Below, piece after piece: positions 19,256 through 29,374 of a stretch of DNA of 64,000 bases (position 1 is its first letter; every line of letters begins with the position of its first letter). The notes under the pieces were generated by a model. That model made no database searches. It was not told the DNA's origin and saw nothing but the letters and a program-made list of their open reading frames with translations. The stretch spans positions 1,634 to 65,633 of the forward strand of contig JAINCQ010000014.1 in NCBI GenBank assembly GCA_036574205.1. The letters are read 5' to 3'. This stretch comes from Elusimicrobiota bacterium. GTDB lineage: Bacteria > Elusimicrobiota > Elusimicrobia > Elusimicrobiales > UBA9959. The position numbers were made by a program, and so were the translations under genes.

Positions 19256-21954
19256 TTTATTAATTTTACCATTTTTTTCTTAAACTCATCTTCACTTTCA
19301 AGATTCCCCCCACCCTGCATAAAATCATCCCTTCCACCCGCTTTAAGCCCAAGTTCATCTTTTATTTTTTCATAAATTATTTTTACCGGAGTTTTATTTT
19401 CTAAACCCTGAGTTAAAACAAAGCTCATTTTTTTCTTTTCACTGTCAACGGAATATATGAACAAAAATGATTTTTTATGCTCCACTTTTTTCCTATCAGC
19501 TATATTCCTTATTATTTTCAAATCTCCAAGGTTAATCTTCACAAAAACAAGGCTTAGCCCATTATCCAAATCTACAACCTCATCATAGCCACTAACATTT
19601 ACAATATTTGAAATTTTAGTTTTCATATCCTTAATATCTTCTTTAAGTTTCACTATTTTTTCTACTATCTCTTGCCTGTTTGAACCTAACTCATAAGAGA
19701 TTTTCTCAAGAATTTTCTGGCCTTCTTCAAAATAACTAATAAGGGCATAACCGCTTGTCCCTTCAATTCTTCTTATTCCTCTTGATAGTGAATATTCTCT
19801 GAGAATTTTAATCTTAAAAACCTCTTTTAAATCATCCACATGCGTTCCACCACATAATTCAAGGCTATATCGGTTATTTACCTGAGCAAAACCATCTTTA
19901 TTTATTAAAACAAATCTTGCTGGATCACTATATTTTTCCCCGGGCAACATAACAGCGCCTAATTTCTTTGCATCTTGAAGCGCTCTTTCCTCCTTATAAA
20001 CCTTATATCCCTCCATAATAGCGTCATTAGCTATCTCCTCTACAAGTTTAATTTCAGATTCAGATGGTGATTTTGATATAGTATAATCAAACCTGAACTT
20101 TTCATCATCCACCATAGATCCTGCCTGAGATGTTGTCATTCCAAAAACTTTCTTTAAAGCAGCGTTTATAAGATGAGTAGCTGTATGATTTGCCGCAATC
20201 TTTTTTCTTCTTAAGATATCTATTTTAAGTCTATAAACAATGCCTTTTTTTATAAGCGATTTTATCTCAGCTTTATGAAAGAAGATATTTTTAAAATTTT
20301 TCTGAACATCCGAAATTTCCGCAATAATTTTATCTTTATTGTCAAAAATAGCCCCATAATCCGGCATCTGACCACCAGCTTCAGCATAAAAAGGTGTTTT
20401 ATCAAAAACAAGCCAGCAAGATCCATTTTCTATTTCATTTATATCCTTACCGTTTTCATCAATTATTGCAAGCAATTTAGAATCCTCAATATAATTTTCA
20501 TACCCGCTAAAAATAGTTGGCTTAATCAGCCCTTCAACCTTACTGAAGATAGAACTGTCTTTTTCTAAACCTTTCCACTTTCTTGATATATTTTGCGCAG
20601 CCTCTTTTGCTCTTTTAAATTCATCATCGTTAACTGAAATTCCATTTCTAAAGGCTATCTCCTTAATTAGTTCGTAAGGGAATCCATAAGTCTCATAAAC
20701 CTTAAAGGCTTCTTCTCCACTTATTTTTTTAGTTTCCTTATTTTTATTTACTAACTCGTTTATATATTTCTCGCCATTTTCAAGTGTGGACAAAAATCCA
20801 TTTTCCTCAGAGATTATTATTGATTTTATATGTTCTTTATTATCAGATATTTGCGGATACACGCCGGAAAAAATATTTTCCACAGAATCAACAAGTTTAT
20901 AAAGTGACGGCTGATTAATCCCCATAAGCATAGCATATCTCATTGCTCTTCTTATAAGTCTTCTCAAAACATATCCCCTACCTTCATTAGATGGGATAAC
21001 CCCCTCAGATATTAAAAATGAAGCTCCTCGGATATGATCTGATATTATTCTCAAGTTTGGAATAATAGAAAAAACCTCAGCTTTTATAACATTTTCATTA
21101 TAAGCAACTGGATCGGAATAATTTTTAGAAATAATATCAAAATACTTTTTTATTTCAGCATCAACAAACTTATAGTTATTATGTATAAAACTTTCTATTA
21201 CCGGATAAAATAGAGTTGTTTCAAATGGTGAATATTTATTTTCAATTATAAAGCTTAATCTTTCAAGCCCCATTCCAGTATCTATGTTCTTTTTAGGAAG
21301 CGGTTTAAAAGAGCCATCTAATTGTCTGTCAAATTGAGTAAAAACATGATTCCATATCTCTATGTATCTATCGCAACCACACCAGGGTCCAACACAACCA
21401 TTATGAGAGAACTCCTCTCCTCTATCAAAATATATTTCAGAGCATGGTCCACTTGGGCCGGTATCACCCATAGACCAAAAATTTTCTTCCCCCATTTCAA
21501 ATATATGTGAATGTAAATTGGAAGGTAAAATTTTTTCCCATATTCGAGCTGCTTCTTCATCCTTAGGAGCATTTCCACCTTTATAATACGAAAAATACAA
21601 TCTTTCAGGAGAAATCCCCATTTCCTTAGTCAAAAAATCATAACCCCATTTTAAAGACTCTTCCTTAAAGTAATCTCCAAAAGAAAAATTTCCAAGCATC
21701 TCAAAAAAAGTGAGATGTCTTATGGTTCTGCCAACATTATCTATATCAGTTGTTCTAAAACACTTCTGACAACTTGTAGCCCGTTTTATATCATCTTTAA
21801 TCCCAAGATAATAAGGCTTAAACTGGACCATCCCGGCGCTTGTAAAAAGGAGTGTAGTATCTCCTTCTGGGATAAGCGGACTTGAAGGAAAATAAAGATG
21901 CCCTTTTGATTTAAAATAATCTATAAATCTGCTTCTAATCTGCCTTGATTCCAT
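19252..21954 (-). CDS. alaS: Alanine--tRNA ligase
   Basis: 900-aa ORF with class II motifs (FTSAGMVQFKP, RHLTFFEMLGNFSFGDYFK), the editing-domain HTATHL...CGGTH motif, and a C-terminal DHHA1-like GGG. Confidence 0.97.
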   Translation of the reverse strand: MESRQIRSRFIDYFKSKGHLYFPSSPLIPEGDTTLLFTSAGMVQFKPYYLGIKDDIKRATSCQKCFRTTDIDNVGRTIRHLTFFEMLGNFSFGDYFKEESLKWGYDFLTKEMGISPERLYFSYYKGGNAPKDEEAARIWEKILPSNLHSHIFEMGEENFWSMGDTGPSGPCSEIYFDRGEEFSHNGCVGPWCGCDRYIEIWNHVFTQFDRQLDGSFKPLPKKNIDTGMGLERLSFIIENKYSPFETTLFYPVIESFIHNNYKFVDAEIKKYFDIISKNYSDPVAYNENVIKAEVFSIIPNLRIISDHIRGASFLISEGVIPSNEGRGYVLRRLIRRAMRYAMLMGINQPSLYKLVDSVENIFSGVYPQISDNKEHIKSIIISEENGFLSTLENGEKYINELVNKNKETKKISGEEAFKVYETYGFPYELIKEIAFRNGISVNDDEFKRAKEAAQNISRKWKGLEKDSSIFSKVEGLIKPTIFSGYENYIEDSKLLAIIDENGKDINEIENGSCWLVFDKTPFYAEAGGQMPDYGAIFDNKDKIIAEISDVQKNFKNIFFHKAEIKSLIKKGIVYRLKIDILRRKKIAANHTATHLINAALKKVFGMTTSQAGSMVDDEKFRFDYTISKSPSESEIKLVEEIANDAIMEGYKVYKEERALQDAKKLGAVMLPGEKYSDPARFVLINKDGFAQVNNRYSLELCGGTHVDDLKEVFKIKILREYSLSRGIRRIEGTSGYALISYFEEGQKILEKISYELGSNRQEIVEKIVKLKEDIKDMKTKISNIVNVSGYDEVVDLDNGLSLVFVKINLGDLKIIRNIADRKKVEHKKSFLFIYSVDSEKKKMSFVLTQGLENKTPVKIIYEKIKDELGLKAGGRDDFMQGGGNLESEDEFKKKMVKLIK

Positions 21955-22130
21955 AAATTACTCCTTAATTACTTTATAAACTAAGCGATAAAAAACATAA
22001 TTTAAAAAAACTCACATACTAAACTATTTTATTAAATTAACTCCAAAAGGACAAACTGATGTATGATTTACACATATTTTAGGAATTTTATTTTCCAGAA
22101 TTAAATAATATTTTTGTCATTTGAAAGTTT

Positions 22131-22850
22131 TCAGTGTTTTTTTGTTTTTATAATTTGCTGTATTTGTTTTGTTATCTCTATTATATGTTCTCTAAAGTTT
22201 GGTTGTTTTTTTTCTAAGAGGGGAAGGAGTTTGTGTCTTATCCAGTTTCGTGTGTAGTTTGTGTTAAAATTGGTTTTATCTATGGCATATTTTATATGAT
22301 TTGCTTTAAGATATGAAATAATCTTGCTCTTTTTAACACATAAAAATGGCCTTATAACATACACCTTTTTAGATAGTTTGCGTTTTACAGGAATTCCAGT
22401 TAAAGCTGATAGTTTGTTACTTCTTAAAAGGTTTAAAATAAAAGTTTCTATATTCTCATCTCCATTATGAGCTGTCACTACAACATTTGCTCTACATTTT
22501 AAAGCGTATTTTAGAAAAAGCTCATACCTTTTTTTTCTTGCTATATGTTCAAGATTTTGCTTTCCGGCAAGTTTTGGGATATTAAGTTGCTCTTTAAAAA
22601 AAGGTATGTTATTCTCTTTACAATAATCTTCAACTATCTTTTCATCTTTTATTGCATCTTTTCTTATCCCATGATTTAGATGAAATACAAATATCTCATT
22701 CTTAACCGCCTTATGAAAAAAATGAAGCAAAGCCATTGAATCAGGACCACCTGAAACTGCAATAAGAATCTTATCATCTTTTTTAAACAGGGAGTTATCT
22801 TTTATAAATTTTTTTACCCTATTCCATAGTTTAAGTGTTATATTTTCCAT
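22131..22850 (-). CDS. tilS: tRNA(Ile)-lysidine synthetase TilS (short form)
   Basis: PP-loop SGGPDS in ILIAVSGGPDSMALL. At 239 aa it lacks the long C-terminal domain. Confidence 0.82.
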   Translation of the reverse strand: MENITLKLWNRVKKFIKDNSLFKKDDKILIAVSGGPDSMALLHFFHKAVKNEIFVFHLNHGIRKDAIKDEKIVEDYCKENNIPFFKEQLNIPKLAGKQNLEHIARKKRYELFLKYALKCRANVVVTAHNGDENIETFILNLLRSNKLSALTGIPVKRKLSKKVYVIRPFLCVKKSKIISYLKANHIKYAIDKTNFNTNYTRNWIRHKLLPLLEKKQPNFREHIIEITKQIQQIIKTKKH

Positions 22851-22853
22851 AAA

Positions 22854-24929
22854 TCAGTTTAAATCAATTATATTCCATTTCTTACCATAAATCTCGTTAA
22901 GCTCTTTTCTTAATGCAAGATGCTCTTTTTTAGTCAGATATGGATCTTCTTTAAGAATTTTATTCACATCCTCAATCACCATTTCAAATATCTCTCTGTC
23001 CCTTGAAAGAGATGCAATCTTAAACTCCATATCACCATGCTGCATTGTTCCCATAATCTCACCTATACCCCTTAAATAAGCATCTTTTTCTGAAAGTTCA
23101 AAACCATTGGTGCTCTGACATATTGCATTTATCCTTTCCATTGCCTGGTGATCCTTTGATTCGCTAACCAGAAAACAATAAGCTTCATCTTTTCCCCTTC
23201 CTATTCTGCCTCTTAATTGATGAAGACTGGCAAGACCAAATCTTTCGGCATTTTCTATTACCATAACATTGGCGTTTGGAACATCTATCCCAACCTCTAT
23301 TACACTTGTTGCACAAAGAACATGAATTTTGCCTTCAGCAAACTCAGACATTATTTTTTGTTTCTCTGATCCTTTCATTCTACCATATATCATTTGAGTA
23401 TTATATCCCTTAAAAAATTCTTTTAACCTTCCATATTCGCTTAATAAAGATTTAATTTCAAGTTTATCTGATTCGTCTATTATCGGAAAAACAATATATG
23501 CCTGAACCCCTTTTTTTAGAAATTCTAAAGTCTTATCAAGTGCTTGTTGACGGCTAAGATGAAAAGTTTTTACAGGCATTCTTCCTTTTGGCATATCTTT
23601 AAGAAATGATACATCCAGATCTCCATATAAAGCAAGAAAAAGGGTTCTTGGAATTGGGGTTGCAGTCATTATTAGCATATCTATATTTTCGCCCTTTTGT
23701 CTTAAAGTGGCACGCTGTCTTACTCCAAATTTATGCTGTTCATCTATTACTGCAAGAACAAGATTTTTAAACCTTACCTCTTTTTCTATAAGAGCATGTG
23801 TTCCTATAATTATATCTATATCCCCAGAAGCAAGTTTTGATATTATCTCATGTTTCTTTTTTTTAGGGGTTGAAGAAGTTAAAATTTCAAACCTTACTGG
23901 AAGTCCATCTAAAAATTTTTTAAAAGTCATATAATGTTGTTCAGCTAAAATTTCAGTAGGCGCTAAGAAGCAGCATTGTCCTGAATTTTCCACAGCTAAA
24001 AGGCATGCACTTATTGCAACAACGGTTTTACCGCTTCCAACATCCCCCTGTAAAAGCCTTGTCATAGGATAAGGGTTTCGCATATCAGAAAAAATATCAT
24101 TTATGGCTTTTTTTTGAGAATCAGTAAACTCAAATCCTAAATTATTTTTAAATGGGGTAAGCAGCTTTTTTTTAATCTCATATCTTCTCTGTTTATTTAT
24201 GTTTTTCGTCTGACTTTTTTTTAAATTCCATGCCATTGACATTAGAAAAAGTTCTTCATATATAAGTCTTTTCATTGCATTTTTAAGAGAAAAAACATTT
24301 TGCGGAAAATGAATGTTCTTTATAGCGCTTGATCTTGAAATAAGACCTCTTGAAACAAGTATATCAGAATCTATTATTTCATTAACATATTCGCTCTGTG
24401 AACAGGCATTAAAAACTAATTTTCTAAAAACCTTTGGGTTAATACCAGATGTAAGAGAATAAACCGGCACTATCCTATCTGCATGAATATTAAAATCCGG
24501 ATCATCTGGAAAATATATTTCTTCAACAGAAATTTTTCTTTTAAAAAATTCGTCCTCAGCCTTTCCTACAACAAATATCTTAGTTCCTTTAATAAGGTTT
24601 TTTTTGATATTTAAAAAAACATCATAATTCCTATTGGCTTTTTTAAAAACATTACATTCAACCTGAGAATTTAAAGTTTTCAGTATTATTTTAAAAATTC
24701 TCAAAGAAGTGGAGGTATAAACCTCAAAAAAATCAACAACCTCACCATAAACGATATCTACATCTATAAATTCAAAATCAGATTCTTTCTTAAATATTCT
24801 TCTGTCTTCATATCCGCGTGGAAAATAAAATAAAATATCTTTAAGTGTAAATATCTCAAGTTTACTAAGTATATCCGCTCTTTTTGGTCCAACACCTTTA
24901 AGATATTTTATGTTGAACTGACTTATCAT
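22854..24929 (-). CDS. recG: ATP-dependent DNA helicase RecG
   Basis: Wedge/OB N-terminus, then helicase motifs (GDVGSGKT, DEQHKFG, TATPIPRT) and QLRGRIGRG. Confidence 0.95.
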   Translation of the reverse strand: MISQFNIKYLKGVGPKRADILSKLEIFTLKDILFYFPRGYEDRRIFKKESDFEFIDVDIVYGEVVDFFEVYTSTSLRIFKIILKTLNSQVECNVFKKANRNYDVFLNIKKNLIKGTKIFVVGKAEDEFFKRKISVEEIYFPDDPDFNIHADRIVPVYSLTSGINPKVFRKLVFNACSQSEYVNEIIDSDILVSRGLISRSSAIKNIHFPQNVFSLKNAMKRLIYEELFLMSMAWNLKKSQTKNINKQRRYEIKKKLLTPFKNNLGFEFTDSQKKAINDIFSDMRNPYPMTRLLQGDVGSGKTVVAISACLLAVENSGQCCFLAPTEILAEQHYMTFKKFLDGLPVRFEILTSSTPKKKKHEIISKLASGDIDIIIGTHALIEKEVRFKNLVLAVIDEQHKFGVRQRATLRQKGENIDMLIMTATPIPRTLFLALYGDLDVSFLKDMPKGRMPVKTFHLSRQQALDKTLEFLKKGVQAYIVFPIIDESDKLEIKSLLSEYGRLKEFFKGYNTQMIYGRMKGSEKQKIMSEFAEGKIHVLCATSVIEVGIDVPNANVMVIENAERFGLASLHQLRGRIGRGKDEAYCFLVSESKDHQAMERINAICQSTNGFELSEKDAYLRGIGEIMGTMQHGDMEFKIASLSRDREIFEMVIEDVNKILKEDPYLTKKEHLALRKELNEIYGKKWNIIDLN

Positions 24930-25030
24930 ATTATTTAATCATTTTGAAAAAGCCTTCAGATTTAAAAGATATTAAAAAAATCAATTTTTCACACAAAAAC
25001 TGTGCCCTGGTTAGAATAAATGTTCCATTA

Positions 25031-26284
25031 TTAAAAATCCATGGAGTTGATTATTTTTCTAACCTCATTAATATCCGGATCTATTTTTTTATATGCTTTT
25101 TTGGATACTGATTCCTGGGCTGTTTTTATATCTTTTAAGCCACTCCCCGTAATTAAAAGCAAAACACTATCATTTTTTTCTATTTTCTTTTCAATAATCG
25201 CTTTTTTTAGCGCCGCATATGTTGCAGCAGCAGATGGCTCTGCAAAAACTCCGGTTTTTGAGGCAAACTCACTCATTGAGACAAGAATTTCTTTATCACT
25301 CACATTTATTGAAAAACCTCCTGATTCTCTTAAAGCTATCAAAGCAGCCATCCCATCCCTCGGCATCTTAACGGAAATACTATCACATATCGTGTTCCCA
25401 TTTGAAATTTCAGGAACCTTAAGATTTTTAACAAAAGCGTTATGTATAGAGTTAGAACCGCCTGCTTGAACTGCAACAAGTTTAGGTAGTTTATCAATAA
25501 ACCCTATTTTTTTAAATTCAAGAAAACCTTTCCAAACCCCGCTTATTATATTACCATCTCCAACAGGAACAAAAACTTTATCTGGCACTTCCCATTCAAG
25601 TTGTTCGCATATTTCAAAAGAAACAGTTTTCTTTCCCTCACGGGTAAAGGGGTTATACCCTGTATTTCTATTATACCATCCAAATTCCAGACATGCTTTA
25701 ACGCATAAATCAAATGCGTCATCATAAGTTCCTTTTATCATTATAACATTTGAACCAAATACAAGAAGTTGAGCAATCTTTGGAGCAGGAGCATTTTCAG
25801 GAACGAAGATAAAATTTTTAATTCCATAAGAAGCGCAGATACAGGAAAGTGAGGAGGCAGCATTTCCGGTAGAGGCGGTAGCTATTATTCTTTTGTCCGG
25901 GTCATATGTATCAATAAGCCTTTTAAGAACAACAGCAGTTGCTCTATCTTTAAATGACGCGCTTGGATTTCTTGTATCATCTTTTATATACAGCGATTGC
26001 AAACCAAGTTCATCGGCAAGTTTTTCCATCTTATAAAGTGGAGTATATCCAACTTTAATGTATGATATTTCTTTTAAATCTTCAATAGGAAGTAAATCTA
26101 CATACCTCCATATATCATAAAATCTATTTTCTAATAGTTCCTCAGGTTTCAACCTTTTCTTTATAAGATTATAATCATAAATAACCTCTAAATTGCCAGA
26201 GCAGGAATCGCAGACATATTTTGCTTCGGCAAGGGTATGTTCCTTGCCACAGGATATACATCTAAGAGTTTTTATTTTTTTCAT
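25031..26284 (-). CDS. Threonine-synthase-like PLP enzyme with an N-terminal zinc ribbon
   Basis: CISCGK...CDSCSG zinc ribbon, the PLP lysine motif NPSASFKDR, and a fold-type II glycine loop (VPVGDGNIISG). It lies 6 nt downstream of the carbamate kinase gene. Confidence 0.75.
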   Translation of the reverse strand: MKKIKTLRCISCGKEHTLAEAKYVCDSCSGNLEVIYDYNLIKKRLKPEELLENRFYDIWRYVDLLPIEDLKEISYIKVGYTPLYKMEKLADELGLQSLYIKDDTRNPSASFKDRATAVVLKRLIDTYDPDKRIIATASTGNAASSLSCICASYGIKNFIFVPENAPAPKIAQLLVFGSNVIMIKGTYDDAFDLCVKACLEFGWYNRNTGYNPFTREGKKTVSFEICEQLEWEVPDKVFVPVGDGNIISGVWKGFLEFKKIGFIDKLPKLVAVQAGGSNSIHNAFVKNLKVPEISNGNTICDSISVKMPRDGMAALIALRESGGFSINVSDKEILVSMSEFASKTGVFAEPSAAATYAALKKAIIEKKIEKNDSVLLLITGSGLKDIKTAQESVSKKAYKKIDPDINEVRKIINSMDF

Positions 26285-26290
26285 AAATTT

Positions 26291-27400
26291 CTATCCTTGT
26301 ATTATAGTTGTACCAGCATTACCTTTTAATGTCTCTTCAAAAAGTTCAGTTCTGGTTATATAAGCTCGAGTCCCACCATTTTTCATAAATTCAATACATG
26401 CTTTAACCTTGGGTCCCATGCTTCCAGCTGGAAATTGCTCAGGCATAGTTTCATACATTTTTTCAAGATCGCTTAATTTTATATTTCTTATGTCTTTTTG
26501 ATCTGGTTTTTGATAATTGATTTTTATACCATCTTCTCCAGTAAATATGGTCAGTGTAACATCTATATCCTCGCCACGCGCTTTTGCTCTTTTATAAAGC
26601 ATGGTTCCAAGAAGAGCGCTTGCAAGATCTTTGTCTACAACTGCCTCAACTCCGCTATACATTTTTAGCGGTTTTTCACCTTTTTTATAAGGCCGTTTAT
26701 ATTCCACTCCGTAGTTGCATAAATAAACCTCAAAACCATCTTTAATCTCTGGTTTAACTTCTCTCACTGGGATTCCTCCACCGCCAACAGTTATAGGAAT
26801 TATTCTTTTTTCTATCATTGCCTCTATTGCATCTATCTCAACTATATCCTGTGGTTTTGGAGATGGGACTACCCTTCTCCATATCTCATTTCCATTTTCA
26901 TCTTTTTTGTAAAGTTTCATTATCCAGCCTTCTTTTATCATTCTTTCCTCAGCTTCTTCTCTGGAATAGGAAGGTCCAATATACTTTGAAGGATTTTTAA
27001 AATCCGGATCATCCGCTGAAACCACAATCTGCGTTACAATACCACTGACAATATTGTCTATACCCCTTATATTCAACTCATTATTTAGCTGTGCTATCAT
27101 GTATGCCATTGCACCCTGAGTATCAGCGACACAGACATCAAGCGGGAGAGGAAATAAAAAATTTCTTGCATATTCAGAACGCAAAAGGACGTTACCAACC
27201 TGAGGACCATTCCCATGGGTTAAAACATAATAATCCTCAGGATGCTTTTCAAATATATCAGCTACATTTTTAACAGTCTGGGCGGTTCTTCGCCATTGCA
27301 TTGGTATATCCGGATTTACAGTTTTACCAGTTGAATCCTTAAGCCCAACTGGAGAAACTTCATTTCCTCCAAAAGCAAATATTCTTATCGTCTTTTTCAT
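26291..27400 (-). CDS. Carbamate kinase-like protein (long form, 369 aa)
   Basis: FAFGGNE, THGNGPQVG and VGGGGIPV carbamate kinase signatures. It is about 55 aa longer than classical ArcC because of internal insertions. Confidence 0.8.
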   Translation of the reverse strand: MKKTIRIFAFGGNEVSPVGLKDSTGKTVNPDIPMQWRRTAQTVKNVADIFEKHPEDYYVLTHGNGPQVGNVLLRSEYARNFLFPLPLDVCVADTQGAMAYMIAQLNNELNIRGIDNIVSGIVTQIVVSADDPDFKNPSKYIGPSYSREEAEERMIKEGWIMKLYKKDENGNEIWRRVVPSPKPQDIVEIDAIEAMIEKRIIPITVGGGGIPVREVKPEIKDGFEVYLCNYGVEYKRPYKKGEKPLKMYSGVEAVVDKDLASALLGTMLYKRAKARGEDIDVTLTIFTGEDGIKINYQKPDQKDIRNIKLSDLEKMYETMPEQFPAGSMGPKVKACIEFMKNGGTRAYITRTELFEETLKGNAGTTIIQG

Positions 27401-27474
27401 AAATACTCCTTAACTTGTTAATAGGAATAAAACATCCAAAAAATCATATTTATTTATAGAATCTAATATCAGTG

Positions 27475-28491
27475 TTATGGTCTTCCTCCCATAACAAGCG
27501 AAAGTATAGCTTTTACAGTATGGAGCCTGTTTTCAGCCTGATCAAATACCACACTTTGTGGACCATCTATCACAGCATCTTCAACCTCAGCTCCTCTATC
27601 AGCTGGAAGAGGATGCATATAAATAGCTTCTTTTCTGGCAAGCTTCATTCTTTTTTCGGTGCAAACCCAATTTTTATATTTGTTCAAATACTCCATCCCA
27701 ACTTTCTTTTTTTCCTCTTCTGGAATATTCTGCTCCGCTAAAAACTGATGACAACCCCATGACTTGGGATAAACAACATGGGCTCCCTTAAATGCCTCAT
27801 CCATATTGTGGACTATTTCAAATTTAGCGCCGCTTTCCTTTGCAAATCTCTTAGCATCTTCAACTGTTCTTGGAATAAGTTTAAATTCTTTTGGATATGC
27901 AAGTGTAACATCTGCGCCAAATCTTGGTAGCAAGGTAATTAATCCCTGAGGAACTGATAAAGGTCTTGCATAAGCGGGCGCGTAAGTCCATGCCACTGTA
28001 ACCTTAAGACCTTTTAAACTATTTGTTGAATATTTCTCTTGAATTGTCATTAAATCAGCTATTGATTGGCAGGGATGGTCAACATCGCATTGAAGATTTA
28101 TAACAGGGATATCAGCTTCTTTTGCAACTTCTCTTATATACTTATTACCAATTCCATAAAAGCAGTTTCTTATGGCTATTCCATGACCATATCTTGTTAA
28201 AACCTTCCCGGTATCTTTTGGTGTTTCACCGTGAGATATCTGCATTTTATCCGGTGTAAGATCATGAGCATGTCCGCCAAGCTGAGTCATTGCTGCTTCA
28301 GTAGAATTTCTTGTCCTTGTAGACTGCTCAAAAAACATCATAAACAAAGTTTTATCCTGTAATAACCTATGTTCCTCTCCTAAAGCAAATTTAAGTTTCA
28401 AATATTTAGAAACTTCAAGAACTGTCTCTAATTCCTCTTTACTCCAATCTACCGTCTCTATCCAGTCTTTTCCTCTTAAAAGAGTTTTCAT
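27475..28491 (-). CDS. YgeW-like carbamoyltransferase (not a canonical ornithine carbamoyltransferase)
   Basis: STRTR, HPCQ and HPLP carbamoyl-phosphate and fold motifs are present. The ornithine-binding DxxxSMG loop is replaced by VYPKSWG. NLQCDVDHPCQS and WTYAPAYARPLSVPQG resemble YgeW as I recall it. I place the start at ATG 28491, behind GGAGGAAG, rather than at ORF-track position 28548. Confidence 0.8.
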   Translation of the reverse strand: MKTLLRGKDWIETVDWSKEELETVLEVSKYLKLKFALGEEHRLLQDKTLFMMFFEQSTRTRNSTEAAMTQLGGHAHDLTPDKMQISHGETPKDTGKVLTRYGHGIAIRNCFYGIGNKYIREVAKEADIPVINLQCDVDHPCQSIADLMTIQEKYSTNSLKGLKVTVAWTYAPAYARPLSVPQGLITLLPRFGADVTLAYPKEFKLIPRTVEDAKRFAKESGAKFEIVHNMDEAFKGAHVVYPKSWGCHQFLAEQNIPEEEKKKVGMEYLNKYKNWVCTEKRMKLARKEAIYMHPLPADRGAEVEDAVIDGPQSVVFDQAENRLHTVKAILSLVMGGRP

Positions 28492-28551
28492 TCTTCCTCC
28501 TTTAAAACAAGTTTTAAATTTATTATACAAAAGATAAAAACAAAACAAAAA

Positions 28552-29313
28552 TTAGCTTAAATTCAAAAAGAAACTATTCTCATCCTCCAATACTTTTGAG
28601 TTTTTCAGACAAATATCCTTTTCAAACAAAGGGCTTGAAAAGACTATAGAATGTAAATCGGCTATTGGAAACACACTGCCAATTTCAGATATTTTATTTT
28701 TTAAATATAAGAGCTCTCTATAAAAATTCAAATCTATTTCTCTACCAACCATTTTTTTTATATATTCTTCAATACCTTTTCCTTTCTTTAAATGGGGTTT
28801 TGGAAGAGAATAACAAACGCTTTTTATTCCATTTTCTATAGATTTTTTTATTATAGAAAAAGAAGTTTCTTTTATTATTGAAAACTCAAAGGATATATTT
28901 TTTTTAATTAAAATATCCTTAATAATGTTATATCTTTTGAAAGCTTTTTGACTATCTATAAGATCGTTTAAAATCCAGGGCACAAAAAGTTTAATATTAG
29001 ATTTTAATTCAAGTTTATCCTTTTTTTGAGAAAGGAACTGTAAAATGTTTTCTATAAATACTCCTCTATCATCTTTAAATATTTTTCCATTTTTTCCGCC
29101 AAATTTATAATAAAAAACAGGTATTTTCATTAACAAAGAATGTTTTTCTATTATTTTCTTGTTATAAACCACATTAAAATATTTAAAGCCATCTGAATGT
29201 GGCACTGGCTCAAAATTGATAAGAAAAGGAACTTTATAACCTTTTTTTAAAATATCAAAGAGAAGATAATGACTATCTTTTCCCCCACTATAAAAAAGCG
29301 TTGCATATTTCAT
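28552..29313 (-). CDS. PP-loop ATP pyrophosphatase of the Dph6/MJ0570-like (DUF71) type
   Basis: N-terminal LFYSGGKDS PP-loop in a 253-aa protein. First gene of the co-directional string 29313->25031. Confidence 0.55.
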   Translation of the reverse strand: MKYATLFYSGGKDSHYLLFDILKKGYKVPFLINFEPVPHSDGFKYFNVVYNKKIIEKHSLLMKIPVFYYKFGGKNGKIFKDDRGVFIENILQFLSQKKDKLELKSNIKLFVPWILNDLIDSQKAFKRYNIIKDILIKKNISFEFSIIKETSFSIIKKSIENGIKSVCYSLPKPHLKKGKGIEEYIKKMVGREIDLNFYRELLYLKNKISEIGSVFPIADLHSIVFSSPLFEKDICLKNSKVLEDENSFFLNLS

Positions 29314-29374
29314 ATAACCAATTTTATAAAATTTGGTATAATATTTTATATATATTTTTCATGGAGGTTTTAAA

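Noticed and set aside
21955-22130. The 176-nt spacer upstream of alaS as a T-box or other leader.
   Set aside because: No specifier or T-box conserved sequence (AGGGUGGNACCGCG-like) is visible. The region is uniformly AT-rich, and only generic promoter-like hexamers are present.
26291-28548. Carbamate kinase plus carbamoyltransferase could be the arginine deiminase (arcABC) pathway.
   Set aside because: There is no arcA or arcD in the window. The transcarbamylase lacks the ornithine-binding SMG loop (KSWG instead) and resembles the YgeW subfamily.
28492-28548. The 19-codon N-terminal extension of the carbamoyltransferase ORF (MFCFYLLYNKFKTCFKGGR).
   Set aside because: GGAGGAAG sits immediately upstream of the internal ATG at 28491, and transcarbamylase homology begins at MKTLLRGKDW.
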